Shown here: piece after piece, positions 20,181 to 29,386 of the stretch
How the letters are laid out: each line of letters opens with the position of its first letter
How positions within the stretch are numbered: position 1 is the first letter of the stretch
Assembly: GCA_965219995.1 (NCBI GenBank)
Contig: CBDCOX010000002.1
Location: forward strand, 4,128,001 to 4,192,000
Source: Candidatus Latescibacterota bacterium
GTDB lineage: Bacteria; Latescibacterota; UBA2968; GCA-2709665
DNA length: 64,000 bases
Direction: 5' to 3'
The notes under the pieces: generated by a model
What the model saw: the letters and a program-made list of their open reading frames with translations, nothing else
The model's database searches: none
What the model was told of the DNA's origin: nothing
Made by a program: the position numbers and the translations under genes

Positions 20181-20572
20181 CCGATTCCAACTGTGAATGG
20201 ACTGCGTTGAGATTGCGGATTGTCGACGATCCCTGGCAAGAAGCCGCGGGTTCGACGCGGTCATGATGCAGGTATCTGCGACGGAAAGTCAAGGGCAAAA
20301 GACCGGAGGCATGGTTGTCCGGCGGGATGGGTAAACGTCCTTCCAAACCACCTTTCCGGTCCAATTCGGAAGGTTCTGTCGCGGCGTCGCGTTGCTTCTT
20401 CTGTCGAATTAACGTAAATTGTTGGCAGGGAATGAAGTCTGTATAGAGTTTTCGGTCAGGTTGGGTCGGCTCGTGGTTCCGTCTTTGATAAACTGCGTCG
20501 CGGATTTGCCGGCAAGAACGAAGGGTTTGTCGAGGATGGCGGCAAGGAAGACAAAGCTTAGGAGCGGCACCA

Positions 20573-21748
20573 ATGAGTATGGTTCGTGCGTACACTGATT
20601 TGAGCTCGTCATTTCCTATGCGCATCTTTGTGGTCGCCGGCGCGCTCATGGCGGGCGCTATTGCCGGGTGCGGATGGACTGGCGTTGTGGATGAGATTCC
20701 GGATGAACAGCACATTCCCGAAAGGACGATACGAAATGCAGGGAAAGTGGCCCTTGAATTGCGGGAAAGTGTCGAGCTTGTGTTTGATGAGGGCCTGCCG
20801 GAGATTCGGGACGTTGAGTGGATGGGTATTTCACCTGAGGGCACCTTGTTGGTTACCGACCGTGAAAGCCATCAGGCGCACGAAATCAACTACAGGGACT
20901 TAGAGTACATTCGCTCATTCGGGCGTACAGGCAGAGGTCCAGGGGAGCATTTGTCGGCTGACAATATGACGATGGATCCCGAGGGCAGGGTCTATCTCCT
21001 GGATGGAATTCAAGGGCAGATCCTGCGATTTGATCGCAAGGGCCGATTCCTGGATCGGACCCAATCTGTCGGGGTATCGAAGATTCACGCGGGTCGCAAT
21101 GATGGAGTATTTTTTCTTCGCGTGAACTCAAGCCTTATCATGGAATTACAGCGCCGGGACCCGTCGACGTGGGGCGTTTTGGGCCGTACACCGCTTTCCG
21201 ATCCAAAACAGAGTTATGTGTCGTTTCGGATGAAATATCTCGCAAAGTTGTGCTATAACGAGTCGTTGCAGGTGTTTTATTATCTGGGCCCGAATGACTA
21301 CATGGTCAAAGAGATCGATGCGATAACAGGTGAGATTACGGCGAAATTCGGCCGGCGACCGAACGGGTTCGTTGCCGTTCCCGATCTCTACCACCATATC
21401 GGGCGCGGAACTTTTGACGAATTGACACCCTTGGATGTTACCACCGTAGGATCTATGACACTGGTTGAGGATCGATATCTGTTCATATCACACGACCACC
21501 CGGAAACTCTAACGAGGGAATGGGTCGTCTATATGATAAATCCGTCCGGGACGTTCGAAGTGTTCGATCTGGATGACGTTACGAGTGGACGCTTTCGGCA
21601 ATTCAGCGGCCATGGCGGTGTGCCGGGGATGGGAGCCATCACCGCCGCGAAGGAATCCATATATATCTGGAGACCGCCACGTAGAGAAGTTGCGGACAGA
21701 TCCATCGGTACGATAGAAAAATATGCGGTTATGTTGGACCTGAACTGA
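20573..21748 (+). CDS. 6-bladed beta-propeller (NHL/DUF5128-like) lipoprotein, paralog 1
   Basis: Lipobox-like IAGC, FGRTGRGPGE, GRVYLLD, FDRKGRFL. Confidence 0.75.
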   Translation: MSMVRAYTDLSSSFPMRIFVVAGALMAGAIAGCGWTGVVDEIPDEQHIPERTIRNAGKVALELRESVELVFDEGLPEIRDVEWMGISPEGTLLVTDRESHQAHEINYRDLEYIRSFGRTGRGPGEHLSADNMTMDPEGRVYLLDGIQGQILRFDRKGRFLDRTQSVGVSKIHAGRNDGVFFLRVNSSLIMELQRRDPSTWGVLGRTPLSDPKQSYVSFRMKYLAKLCYNESLQVFYYLGPNDYMVKEIDAITGEITAKFGRRPNGFVAVPDLYHHIGRGTFDELTPLDVTTVGSMTLVEDRYLFISHDHPETLTREWVVYMINPSGTFEVFDLDDVTSGRFRQFSGHGGVPGMGAITAAKESIYIWRPPRREVADRSIGTIEKYAVMLDLN

Positions 21749-22007
21749 GGTCGGTGACTGCGATTTACCTGTTCCAGAACGTCGCCGGGACGCTCAGGGA
21801 TATCGCGAAGATTCCATTTCATTCGAGACCTTCGTGGGCTCGTCTGCCAACCCCCAGAAGATCCAAATTTGGGTAGCAGTGATCGGACATGGAATCTTCT
21901 CGTTACTTGCCGCCGGAAAACCTGGTAAAGCCACCAAGTCGCTACACTAGACACGTACACTCTGTTACCGAAGGCAATCGGCCCTCTTTGACATGATCCA
22001 ACAGTGT

Positions 22008-22162
22008 CCGGATCGAGGGCATCCCTGCCCTCGAACTTCGAGCAACCGACGAATTTCCACATCAAGGGCCAATTGCCTCCTTTCCTTCCGAGACCACATC
22101 CGTAGTGACGGCGCAAAGACCCCTCCTATTCGCCGTCGAGGGCAGGGATGCCCTCGATCCGG
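22008..22162. repeat. Inverted pair of 27-bp REP-like palindromes (BIME-like doublet)
   Basis: CCGGATCGAGGGCATCCCTGCCCTCGA (22008-22034) and its exact reverse complement (22136-22162); each has the internal palindrome TCGAGGGCA-N4-TGCCCTCGA. Confidence 0.85.
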
Positions 22163-22293
22163 GGAAAGGCGACTCTGACACCCAGGAATCGAGCTTATAG
22201 GCGTTTTGACCTCCGTGCTGCGCCACGTACATCCCTGCTGATGGATAGTTATTTACCGATGTTTATCAGGCAGCCTGATTAAGGAGAACACTT

Positions 22294-23466
22294 ATGGGTC
22301 TGGTTCGTGCGTACGCTAAATCGAGCTCATCATATCCAATGCGCGTCTTTCTGATCGCCGGGGCGCTCACAGTGGGTACAATTTCCGGTTGCGGAGGGGA
22401 TCGCGTATTGGAAGGGGTACCGGATGATGAGCGCATTCCCGAAAGGCCGCTGCGATATGCAGGGAAAGTAGCGCTTGAACTGCAAGAAACCATCGAGCTT
22501 GTGTTCAATGAGGACAAGCCTGAGATCGGGTATGTCGGGTGGATGGGCATTTCACCGGAGGGCACGTTGATGGTTACGGATTGGGATAACCATCAGGCGC
22601 ACGAAATCAACTACCGGAACAATAGTTACATTCGCTCATTCGGGCGCACAGGCAGAGGTCCCGGGGAGCACTTGTCGGCTCACCAGATGACAATAGATCC
22701 TGAGCGAAGGGTCTATCTCGTTGATCCGGCTCGAGGACAGGTCCTCCGGTATGATCGCACGGGCCGATATCTGGATCGGACCGAAGCTATCGGAGTATCG
22801 AAGATTCACGCCGGTCCTGAGGGAGAGATGTTCATTCTACGGGTAAACTCAAGTCTTTTCTTGGAATTACAGCGCCGGGACCCGGCGACGTTGGGAGTTT
22901 TAGGCAGTACACCGCTTTCCAATCAAAATCAGAGTTTTGTGTCGTTTCGGATGAGAGGAATGGCGCATTTGAGCTATAACGCTTCGATGCAGGTGTTTTA
23001 TTATCTCGGCCCGAATGACTACATGGTCAAAGAGATCGATGCGATTACAGGCGAGATTACCGCGAAATTTGGCCGGCGCCCTGCGGGATTTGTTGCGTTG
23101 CCCGATCGCTTCCACGATATCGGGAGTGGAACTGTTGACGATTTGAGGCAATTGGATATTACCAGTGTAGGATCTATGACATTGGTTGAGGATCGATATC
23201 TGTTCGTCTCCTTCAATAACCCGGGTACTATAATGAACGAATGGGTCGTCTATATGATAAATCCGTCCGGTCCGTTTGATGTGTTCGATCTGGATGACGT
23301 TACGATTACAAGCCTTGAGCCATTCAGGGACCACAGCGGTGTGCCGATGCAAGCCATCACCTCTGCGCGGGAATCTGTATTTATTTATAGACCGCCTCGT
23401 AGAGCAATTGCGGACAAATCCATCGGTACGATAGAAATATATGCGGTTACGTTGGACCTGAATTAA
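22294..23466 (+). CDS. 6-bladed beta-propeller lipoprotein, paralog 2 (tandem duplicate)
   Basis: Colinear with 20573-21748 and shares long identical blocks (QVFYYLGPNDYMVKEIDAITGEITAKFGRRP); AAGGAG RBS. Confidence 0.78.
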   Translation: MGLVRAYAKSSSSYPMRVFLIAGALTVGTISGCGGDRVLEGVPDDERIPERPLRYAGKVALELQETIELVFNEDKPEIGYVGWMGISPEGTLMVTDWDNHQAHEINYRNNSYIRSFGRTGRGPGEHLSAHQMTIDPERRVYLVDPARGQVLRYDRTGRYLDRTEAIGVSKIHAGPEGEMFILRVNSSLFLELQRRDPATLGVLGSTPLSNQNQSFVSFRMRGMAHLSYNASMQVFYYLGPNDYMVKEIDAITGEITAKFGRRPAGFVALPDRFHDIGSGTVDDLRQLDITSVGSMTLVEDRYLFVSFNNPGTIMNEWVVYMINPSGPFDVFDLDDVTITSLEPFRDHSGVPMQAITSARESVFIYRPPRRAIADKSIGTIEIYAVTLDLN

Positions 23467-23553
23467 GGATGGCAAGATCGAGATTATGTCGGCCGACGAG
23501 ACCAGAGAACTCGAAAAAGACTTGACGAAGAAACGGTCAAAGAGGCGTCGTCC

Positions 23554-23982
23554 TTAGCCGATTGACCGCTCCCTCACCACCTCCACCACCCCTTCAGCGG
23601 GGCGCATGCGGACGGTGTCACCGGTGCGGATGGTCGCGAGCGGGTCGGGTTGGAGTTCGTGCATCAGCGCCACGTTGGCCAGCACCGCGCCCTGGACCAT
23701 CACGGGATTCGTGCGACCGAAGATGAACCCCGCCGGGCAGGTCCCCCGCTCCACCATGTCCAGCATCATCCACGATGTGGCCACGCCGCCCTTGGACGTG
23801 CGGAACACGACGATTCTTCCGGCGATTGACTGTCCGAAGAGTGGATGCGTCTCACGGCTGATCACACCGCTATACCGGTCATCGTCGTACCGGGCGCTGA
23901 AGCCTTCCTCGCATACCAGCGCGATGCCTTCCGCGTCGGGTCCGACGCCCGGATGGCCGCGTAGCGCTGCGTTCTCGGTCAT
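23554..23982 (-). CDS. DUF126 / aconitase X small (swivel) subunit
   Basis: HPLFGQSIAGRIVVF..SKGG, IRTGDTV. Confidence 0.8.
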   Translation of the reverse strand: MTENAALRGHPGVGPDAEGIALVCEEGFSARYDDDRYSGVISRETHPLFGQSIAGRIVVFRTSKGGVATSWMMLDMVERGTCPAGFIFGRTNPVMVQGAVLANVALMHELQPDPLATIRTGDTVRMRPAEGVVEVVRERSIG

Positions 23983-24030
23983 CGCCCGTACGATTGAAGT
24001 TGAACTCGCTTGCGATGCAGGACACCACCG

Positions 24031-24948
24031 CTACGGTCCCAACTTTATCACGCCGCAGCCAATTCTTGCTCCCGCGTTTCCCGAAGGTTGCGAGACGAAG
24101 TCATCCGGCCCTGCGTGGACGACGATCGCCTTTCCGACAACGTCGATATCCGAACCTGTGTTCATCTCCCAGAGATTGGTCGTCAGCTGGAGTCTGCCGG
24201 CGCCTTGCTCGCTGGCGGTCAGATTGCCGATGTCACCAAGATGAAACTCGCCTTCTCCCCATTTTCCGTGGGCTACGCCTGTGGGATTCCAATGCCCGCC
24301 TGCCGACGTCCCGTCCGGCGCGCTGCAATCGCCTTTCTCGTGGATGTGCACCGCGTGTTGGCCCGCGGACGCGTTGTTGAGTTCGACGACGAAAGTGATA
24401 TTGTCGCCGGTCCGGGTGAACACCGCCTTTCCGGTCAGGCCGCTTGCGTTCGACTCGCCAATTATCGCGGTCGCCTGTTCAGCCGTTCCGCCAAGACCCG
24501 TGAGCTGGTACTTTCCGGTGACCTGTGCCTTCCCCCTGATGGGCAGATCAATTACGGAACGGTAACCACCGTTGATCGGGATACTTGACCAGCGGCCGAT
24601 CCTCGTCCCATTCAGGAACGCGCGCGCCCGATAGTAACCCGTCGCGGAACCGGCGATTTCAATCCTCACCTGACCTCCGCTATCGGTCACCCCCGACCAT
24701 TGAAAGTTCGGGGCCCGGCCTGAGACAGCGCGCGAGAATTCGACCGTCGCGCCGTTTACGGGCGTGTCTTCCCGCATCACGGTCCCCACCACAATTGCCC
24801 GGGTCCCGTCACCGACGGCGACCTTACTCAGGACCGGCGGATTCTGTTCGCCGGACCCGGACGACATCGTTATACGTTCGCCGCCGCAGCCGTACACGAT
24901 ACCCATTACGAGCGTCAGAACGACGATACTGCGAATTCCGTTTGCCAT
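24031..24948 (-). CDS. sodC: Cu/Zn superoxide dismutase, lipoprotein with an extra N-terminal domain
   Basis: Metal-ligand motifs HAVHIHE, GGHWNP, HG, HLGD, VVHAGPDD, and GARIGCG; lipobox-like VYGC. Confidence 0.88.
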   Translation of the reverse strand: MANGIRSIVVLTLVMGIVYGCGGERITMSSGSGEQNPPVLSKVAVGDGTRAIVVGTVMREDTPVNGATVEFSRAVSGRAPNFQWSGVTDSGGQVRIEIAGSATGYYRARAFLNGTRIGRWSSIPINGGYRSVIDLPIRGKAQVTGKYQLTGLGGTAEQATAIIGESNASGLTGKAVFTRTGDNITFVVELNNASAGQHAVHIHEKGDCSAPDGTSAGGHWNPTGVAHGKWGEGEFHLGDIGNLTASEQGAGRLQLTTNLWEMNTGSDIDVVGKAIVVHAGPDDFVSQPSGNAGARIGCGVIKLGP

Positions 24949-25071
24949 GGACGTCTCCTCCCTGTGGAGTGGTCTCGGTTTTTGATCGTTGGACTTTCAG
25001 GGGAGACGTCAAGAGCGGGAATCCCCGTCACAACGATCCACTTGTGTTCTAACCAAAAAACACCTGAGCGT

Positions 25072-25452
25072 TCTTCAGGCACTCATATCCTCTCCCGTCT
25101 ACCCGCCTCTTATGGTTGCCCGCCTTTCGGGTGTTTCCGGGTTCCCTTTGTGTCTCCGGCAAGGGGAAATGAAACCACACGGGGCAGGCAATAAAACCGG
25201 GTAGACGCAAGACGGTAGACGGTAGATGACGTCATTGCCCGTTTGGTTCTTCCTTTTTGCCTCCGGCAAGAGATGAAGACATACGAGGCAATAAAACCGG
25301 TGAGACGTAAGAGGGTAGACGGTAGATGAAGACATTTACAGCAGTGTTTCTGCATAAACCGTGCCTGCCAATTTACCGTTATCGTAACGACACGAAAGAC
25401 CATAGAGCACACATATCATCTCCCGTCTTACGTCTCCCTTCGACCCGCTTTT
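25072..25452. repeat. Composite heptamer-armed repeat array, copy E (core 2 + core 2 + core 1)
   Basis: GGCAATAAAACCGG + (AGACGNN)n junction occurs twice; two TTGCCCG...CTCCGGCAAG cores, then an ACAGCAGTGTTT core and a right arm. Confidence 0.85.
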
Positions 25453-25457
25453 GGCTT

Positions 25458-26030
25458 CTATTCCAGTATCTTCACCATATCGATGAGGTCGCAGGTCTCG
25501 CCGGAGTCCATCAATACCCAGTCCGGGCGGCGGCCGGATTCGATGTAGCCGACTTTGCGGTAGACGTGGCCCGCGGAGACATTGGCGGACCAGACGGTGA
25601 GGTACAGCCGGCGTGCGCCGAGCCTGCGGGATTCGTCTTCCAGGACTTGCATCAGGCGGGTACCGATGCCAAGGCCCCGGGCGCGGGCAATCAGCGCCAG
25701 CCCGATCGTGCAGTAATCGTGGCCGCTCTTCTGCGTGAATCCCTCGCCCAGAAGAACGCCGTCCTGTTCGACCAGGAGGTAACTCGACCGCTTCTGTTTT
25801 ATGCCCACCAGGGCCTGCGAGAGTTCCCGGCCCCCGGACGCCGCGTCGAGTTCAAGACGCCTGCACATGACTTTTTCGCGCGTGAGCGTCCCGTGCATTG
25901 CGATGAAGGCGTCCAGGTCCCGCCAGCGCGGGTACCGGAAACGGGTCTCCGTTCCCTCGACAATGAACGAATCAACGATGCGGCCTTCTTGCATGGCAGG
26001 CGTCCGGGAGGTCGTCAAAGGAATTGCCAC
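25458..26030 (-). CDS. GNAT family N-acetyltransferase
   Basis: Acetyl-CoA motif RGLGIGTRLM, then N..A..VYRKVGY; start may be at 25994. Confidence 0.85.
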   Translation of the reverse strand: MAIPLTTSRTPAMQEGRIVDSFIVEGTETRFRYPRWRDLDAFIAMHGTLTREKVMCRRLELDAASGGRELSQALVGIKQKRSSYLLVEQDGVLLGEGFTQKSGHDYCTIGLALIARARGLGIGTRLMQVLEDESRRLGARRLYLTVWSANVSAGHVYRKVGYIESGRRPDWVLMDSGETCDLIDMVKILE

Positions 26031-26112
26031 AGGGGAATAGCCGGCCCAAAATAACCCATGCGTGGTGTGGGCGCAAGCCCCGCGGGATCTGTGGAAAACT
26101 TCGTTTTAGGGC

Positions 26113-26141
26113 TTGACGCGTCTGTTTCCGGGTGTTAAAAT
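26113..26141 (+). promoter_or_regulatory. Putative sigma70 promoter (extended -10)
   Basis: TTGACG-17 bp-TAAAAT with TG just upstream of -10, ahead of the 26196-31387 gene run. Confidence 0.6.
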
Positions 26142-26195
26142 GCACTTCTACCGGACCCATGGCGGTGTCCGCTCTTCGAAGAAAAGGAACTGTGT

Positions 26196-27239
26196 ATGAA
26201 GACCTATCGGGTTGCAATTGTCGGACTGGGACGCATGGGCAGTACCATCGACGAGGAAGTCGTGGGCTATCCGTCCATCACGTTGCCATATTCGGTCGCC
26301 GCTTCGTGCGTGGCGAGCGACCGCCTGGAACTGGCGGCGGGTTCGGACCTTTTGGAAGAGAAGCGGCGGGCATTCGGCGAGAAGTGGGGCGTGGAGGCGT
26401 TATACGAAGACTATCTGGAAATGATCGAGAAGGAAGCGCCGGACATCGTGGCGGTTTGCACGAAGGGGATCCTGCACGCCGAGATGGGGGTGGCGGTAGC
26501 CCGGGCCGGAGTGCCGATGCTCTACCTCGAGAAGGCGATGGCGTGCTCCATGGAGGAAGCAGACGCGGTCCGGGACGCCTGCAGGGAACACGGGACGGTA
26601 TTCAATACGGGCGTCCTGCGGCGGTTCGACAATCGTTACCAGGCGGCCAGAGCGCTGATCGCACAGGGTGAAATCGGCAAGGTCAACGTGGCCCTGCACT
26701 TTGCCCGTTCGAATCTTCTGCACGGGCATGTTCATTCGATGGACACGCTTTCCTATCTGCTTGGCGATCCGAAGATCGCGCGGGTGCGGGGAGAGCTTCT
26801 TCCCGGGGAACTGGCAATAGAGAACAACCGCCTGGACGACGATCCGGTTTCAAGGTACCACCTGGAATTCGAAGACGGGGTTGAGGCCTGGACCATCCCG
26901 GCGGGCCACTGGGAATTCGAGGTCGTGGGCAGCGACGGAGCGATCCGTTCGAGGAACAACGGGGTGGGCTGGGAATTGCGCAAGGTCGAGCCCGCGCAGC
27001 GCCGTCGCCCGTCCGTGGAAGCCGCCGCGTTTCCGGAGGTGGAACCGCGAAGCGCCGTGGTCGATTGCCTGGAGGACCTGGTGGCCGCCCACGAGTCAGG
27101 CGAGCCTTCGCTGGGCAACGTGGAGGTCACGCACCACATTACGGAAGCGTGTTTTGCGGTAGCGGAGAGCCACCGCCGAGACGGGGCGCGGGTGGCGCTG
27201 CACGAAGTGGATCGAGGGCTGTACATTTTTCACGTATGA
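26196..27239 (+). CDS. Gfo/Idh/MocA family oxidoreductase
   Basis: VAIVGLGRMG, YLEKAMA. Confidence 0.9.
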   Translation: MKTYRVAIVGLGRMGSTIDEEVVGYPSITLPYSVAASCVASDRLELAAGSDLLEEKRRAFGEKWGVEALYEDYLEMIEKEAPDIVAVCTKGILHAEMGVAVARAGVPMLYLEKAMACSMEEADAVRDACREHGTVFNTGVLRRFDNRYQAARALIAQGEIGKVNVALHFARSNLLHGHVHSMDTLSYLLGDPKIARVRGELLPGELAIENNRLDDDPVSRYHLEFEDGVEAWTIPAGHWEFEVVGSDGAIRSRNNGVGWELRKVEPAQRRRPSVEAAAFPEVEPRSAVVDCLEDLVAAHESGEPSLGNVEVTHHITEACFAVAESHRRDGARVALHEVDRGLYIFHV

Positions 27240-27273
27240 GGGGCGCGCCGCGCCGATACCGGAACGAGGGACT

Positions 27274-28401
27274 ATGAAGATAACGCCGTTGATTTCACCG
27301 GACGAATTCGTGGGGCTGGACGGGATTACCCATCTCTGCACGGGAGGGGAAAGCCCGTGGCTGAAGGCGCAGGAGTCGGTCTATACCGAATTCGCCCGCC
27401 TGAAAGGTGGAGGATACGACGGGCGGGGCGAGATCTATGACATCGGGGACCGGTGCCGGGGCCGCCTGGGCGAACTGTGGCGCGTGCGGCCGGAGCGGAT
27501 CGCGTTCATGCCGTCCGCGGCCGAGGGGATCAACTGGCTGGCACGGGGGCTGGACTGGCGGGAGGGGGACAACGTGGTGACGACGAACCTGGAGTTTCCG
27601 TCGGTTGCGTACGCGTGGAAGCAGCTGGATGAACTGGGTGTGGAGGTGCGGATGGTCCCGCATCGCGACTGGTTCGTCCACGAGTCGGACCTGCTGGCGG
27701 CCACGGATTCGCGTACCCGCGTGCTGGCCGTGAGCCAGGTGAGTTTTTATACCGGGCAGAATCTGGATCTTGAGCGGCTATCGGAAGGGACGCGAGGCAG
27801 AGGCGTGCTGCTTGCCGCGGACGTGACGCACGCGTCCGGCGTGGTTCGGGTAAACGCCGAAATAACGGATATGACCGTGAGCAGCAGCTACAAGTGGATG
27901 CTGGCGACGCATGGCGTGGCGCCGTGTTATCTGAGCGAGCGGGCCGAGGATCAGACAGGCACAACGTGCTACGGCTGGAGGAACCTGGCGGTGTGGCCCG
28001 CCCAGCGCGCCGAGCGCCATCCCGAAGTGGATGAAAAACCGATGCCCGATCGGATGGAGCCCGGAAATCCGGCCATGATGGTTGTGATGCACCTGGACAA
28101 GGCGCTGGAGGTGTTGATGGCGGTAGGCATCGATCGGATCGATAACCATGCGCGGGACATGTCGGAGCGGGTCAGCGCCGGGCTCGAGCGGCTCGGCCTT
28201 CCGGTGATCAGCCCGAAGGAACGCAATGCGAGGTCCGGCAACACCTGCTTTGCCGTCGACGACGCCAAGGAGTTGGAGATGCAGCTGGCGTCGCACGGGG
28301 TGCTGTGCTGGGGCGAATACGGGCGGCTGCGGGTATCCACGCATTTGTACAACGGCAGCGCGGACGTCGACAGACTGCTGGAGGTCCTCGGGCGGCTGTG
28401 A
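27274..28401 (+). CDS. Aminotransferase class V PLP-dependent enzyme
   Basis: EFPS, DVTH, SSYKWML (PLP lysine), RVSTHLYN. Confidence 0.9.
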   Translation: MKITPLISPDEFVGLDGITHLCTGGESPWLKAQESVYTEFARLKGGGYDGRGEIYDIGDRCRGRLGELWRVRPERIAFMPSAAEGINWLARGLDWREGDNVVTTNLEFPSVAYAWKQLDELGVEVRMVPHRDWFVHESDLLAATDSRTRVLAVSQVSFYTGQNLDLERLSEGTRGRGVLLAADVTHASGVVRVNAEITDMTVSSSYKWMLATHGVAPCYLSERAEDQTGTTCYGWRNLAVWPAQRAERHPEVDEKPMPDRMEPGNPAMMVVMHLDKALEVLMAVGIDRIDNHARDMSERVSAGLERLGLPVISPKERNARSGNTCFAVDDAKELEMQLASHGVLCWGEYGRLRVSTHLYNGSADVDRLLEVLGRL

Positions 28402-28457
28402 GTCGGGAACGGCCCCTGTCGGGCGGTTGCCGGTTCTTTTCTGGGGAGAACGACAGG

Positions 28458-29288
28458 ATGATGAAACTGGGCTGTATGTCGCTGAGCTACAAGGACCTTT
28501 TCGCGGCCGGAACGATGGACCTTGAGGGGTTTATCGACCGGGCGTACGAACTGAGGCTGGACGGGATCGACGTCCATACACGGGCGTTTTCATCCACGGA
28601 GCCGGGTTACCTGCGGGACATCCGCATGCGATGTCTGAAGCGCGGGCTGGCGATCTCCTATATAGGCGTGAGCAACGACTTCGGCAGACCGGAGCCGGAA
28701 CTTCCCGCTGTGGTTGCAGAGGTGAAAGAATGGGTGGACGTGGCGGCCTTTATGGGGATACCCATGGTGCGGATTTTCGCGGCGTGGGTGCGCGGCGGCG
28801 CGACCGAAGAGGAGGTGTGGGGGCGGATGATGCCATGCATGAAAGAGGTCGCGTCCTACGGAGAAGAGAAGGGTGTCGTGCTGGGTCTGCACAACCACAA
28901 CCACGGGTGCGTCACCCGCACCGGAAAGGACGTGCGTCGCATTATCGAGACCGTGGACAACCCGTATCTTTCGCATATACTGGACACAGGTCAGTACGTC
29001 GGGTCGCCTGGCGCCAGCGGCGCGAACGGCAGGGAGGACCCCGCGCTTGACTTTTACGGCAGCATCGCCGAGACGGCGCCGCTGGCCGTGCACGTGCGCG
29101 CGAAGATTTACAGGATTCAGACCGGCGAGGAGGCCTGGCTGGACTACCCGCGCATTTTCGAGATCCTCAGGGGCGTGGATTTCAACGGCTGGGTTTCAGT
29201 GGTCTATGAAGGGCAGGCCGTGGAGGCGGAGGAGAAGGCGGTTCCGAAAGCGGTGGACTATCTCAGGCGGTTTGTCCCGGGAGGATAG
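28458..29288 (+). CDS. Sugar phosphate isomerase/epimerase (xylose isomerase-like TIM barrel)
   Basis: LHNHNH, LDTG, HVRAK, FNGWVSVVYEG. Confidence 0.85.
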   Translation: MMKLGCMSLSYKDLFAAGTMDLEGFIDRAYELRLDGIDVHTRAFSSTEPGYLRDIRMRCLKRGLAISYIGVSNDFGRPEPELPAVVAEVKEWVDVAAFMGIPMVRIFAAWVRGGATEEEVWGRMMPCMKEVASYGEEKGVVLGLHNHNHGCVTRTGKDVRRIIETVDNPYLSHILDTGQYVGSPGASGANGREDPALDFYGSIAETAPLAVHVRAKIYRIQTGEEAWLDYPRIFEILRGVDFNGWVSVVYEGQAVEAEEKAVPKAVDYLRRFVPGG

Positions 29289-29386
29289 AGCGCCCGAATT
29301 CAGATCAGCCGCAGGTGCGGCGTCGTGCCAGCGGGGATGACCGGGCCATCGACGAAACACCCGTTCAGTCAAGGGGGACCGGGGCA

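Noticed and set aside
21750-22290. Gene or transposase remnant between the propeller paralogs
   Set aside because: No frame examined gave HUH/DDE motifs or a convincing protein; only the REP doublet is supported
25072-25452. CRISPR array
   Set aside because: Only two degenerate junctions, the ~70-100-nt 'spacers' are homologous to each other and to other loci, and there are no cas genes
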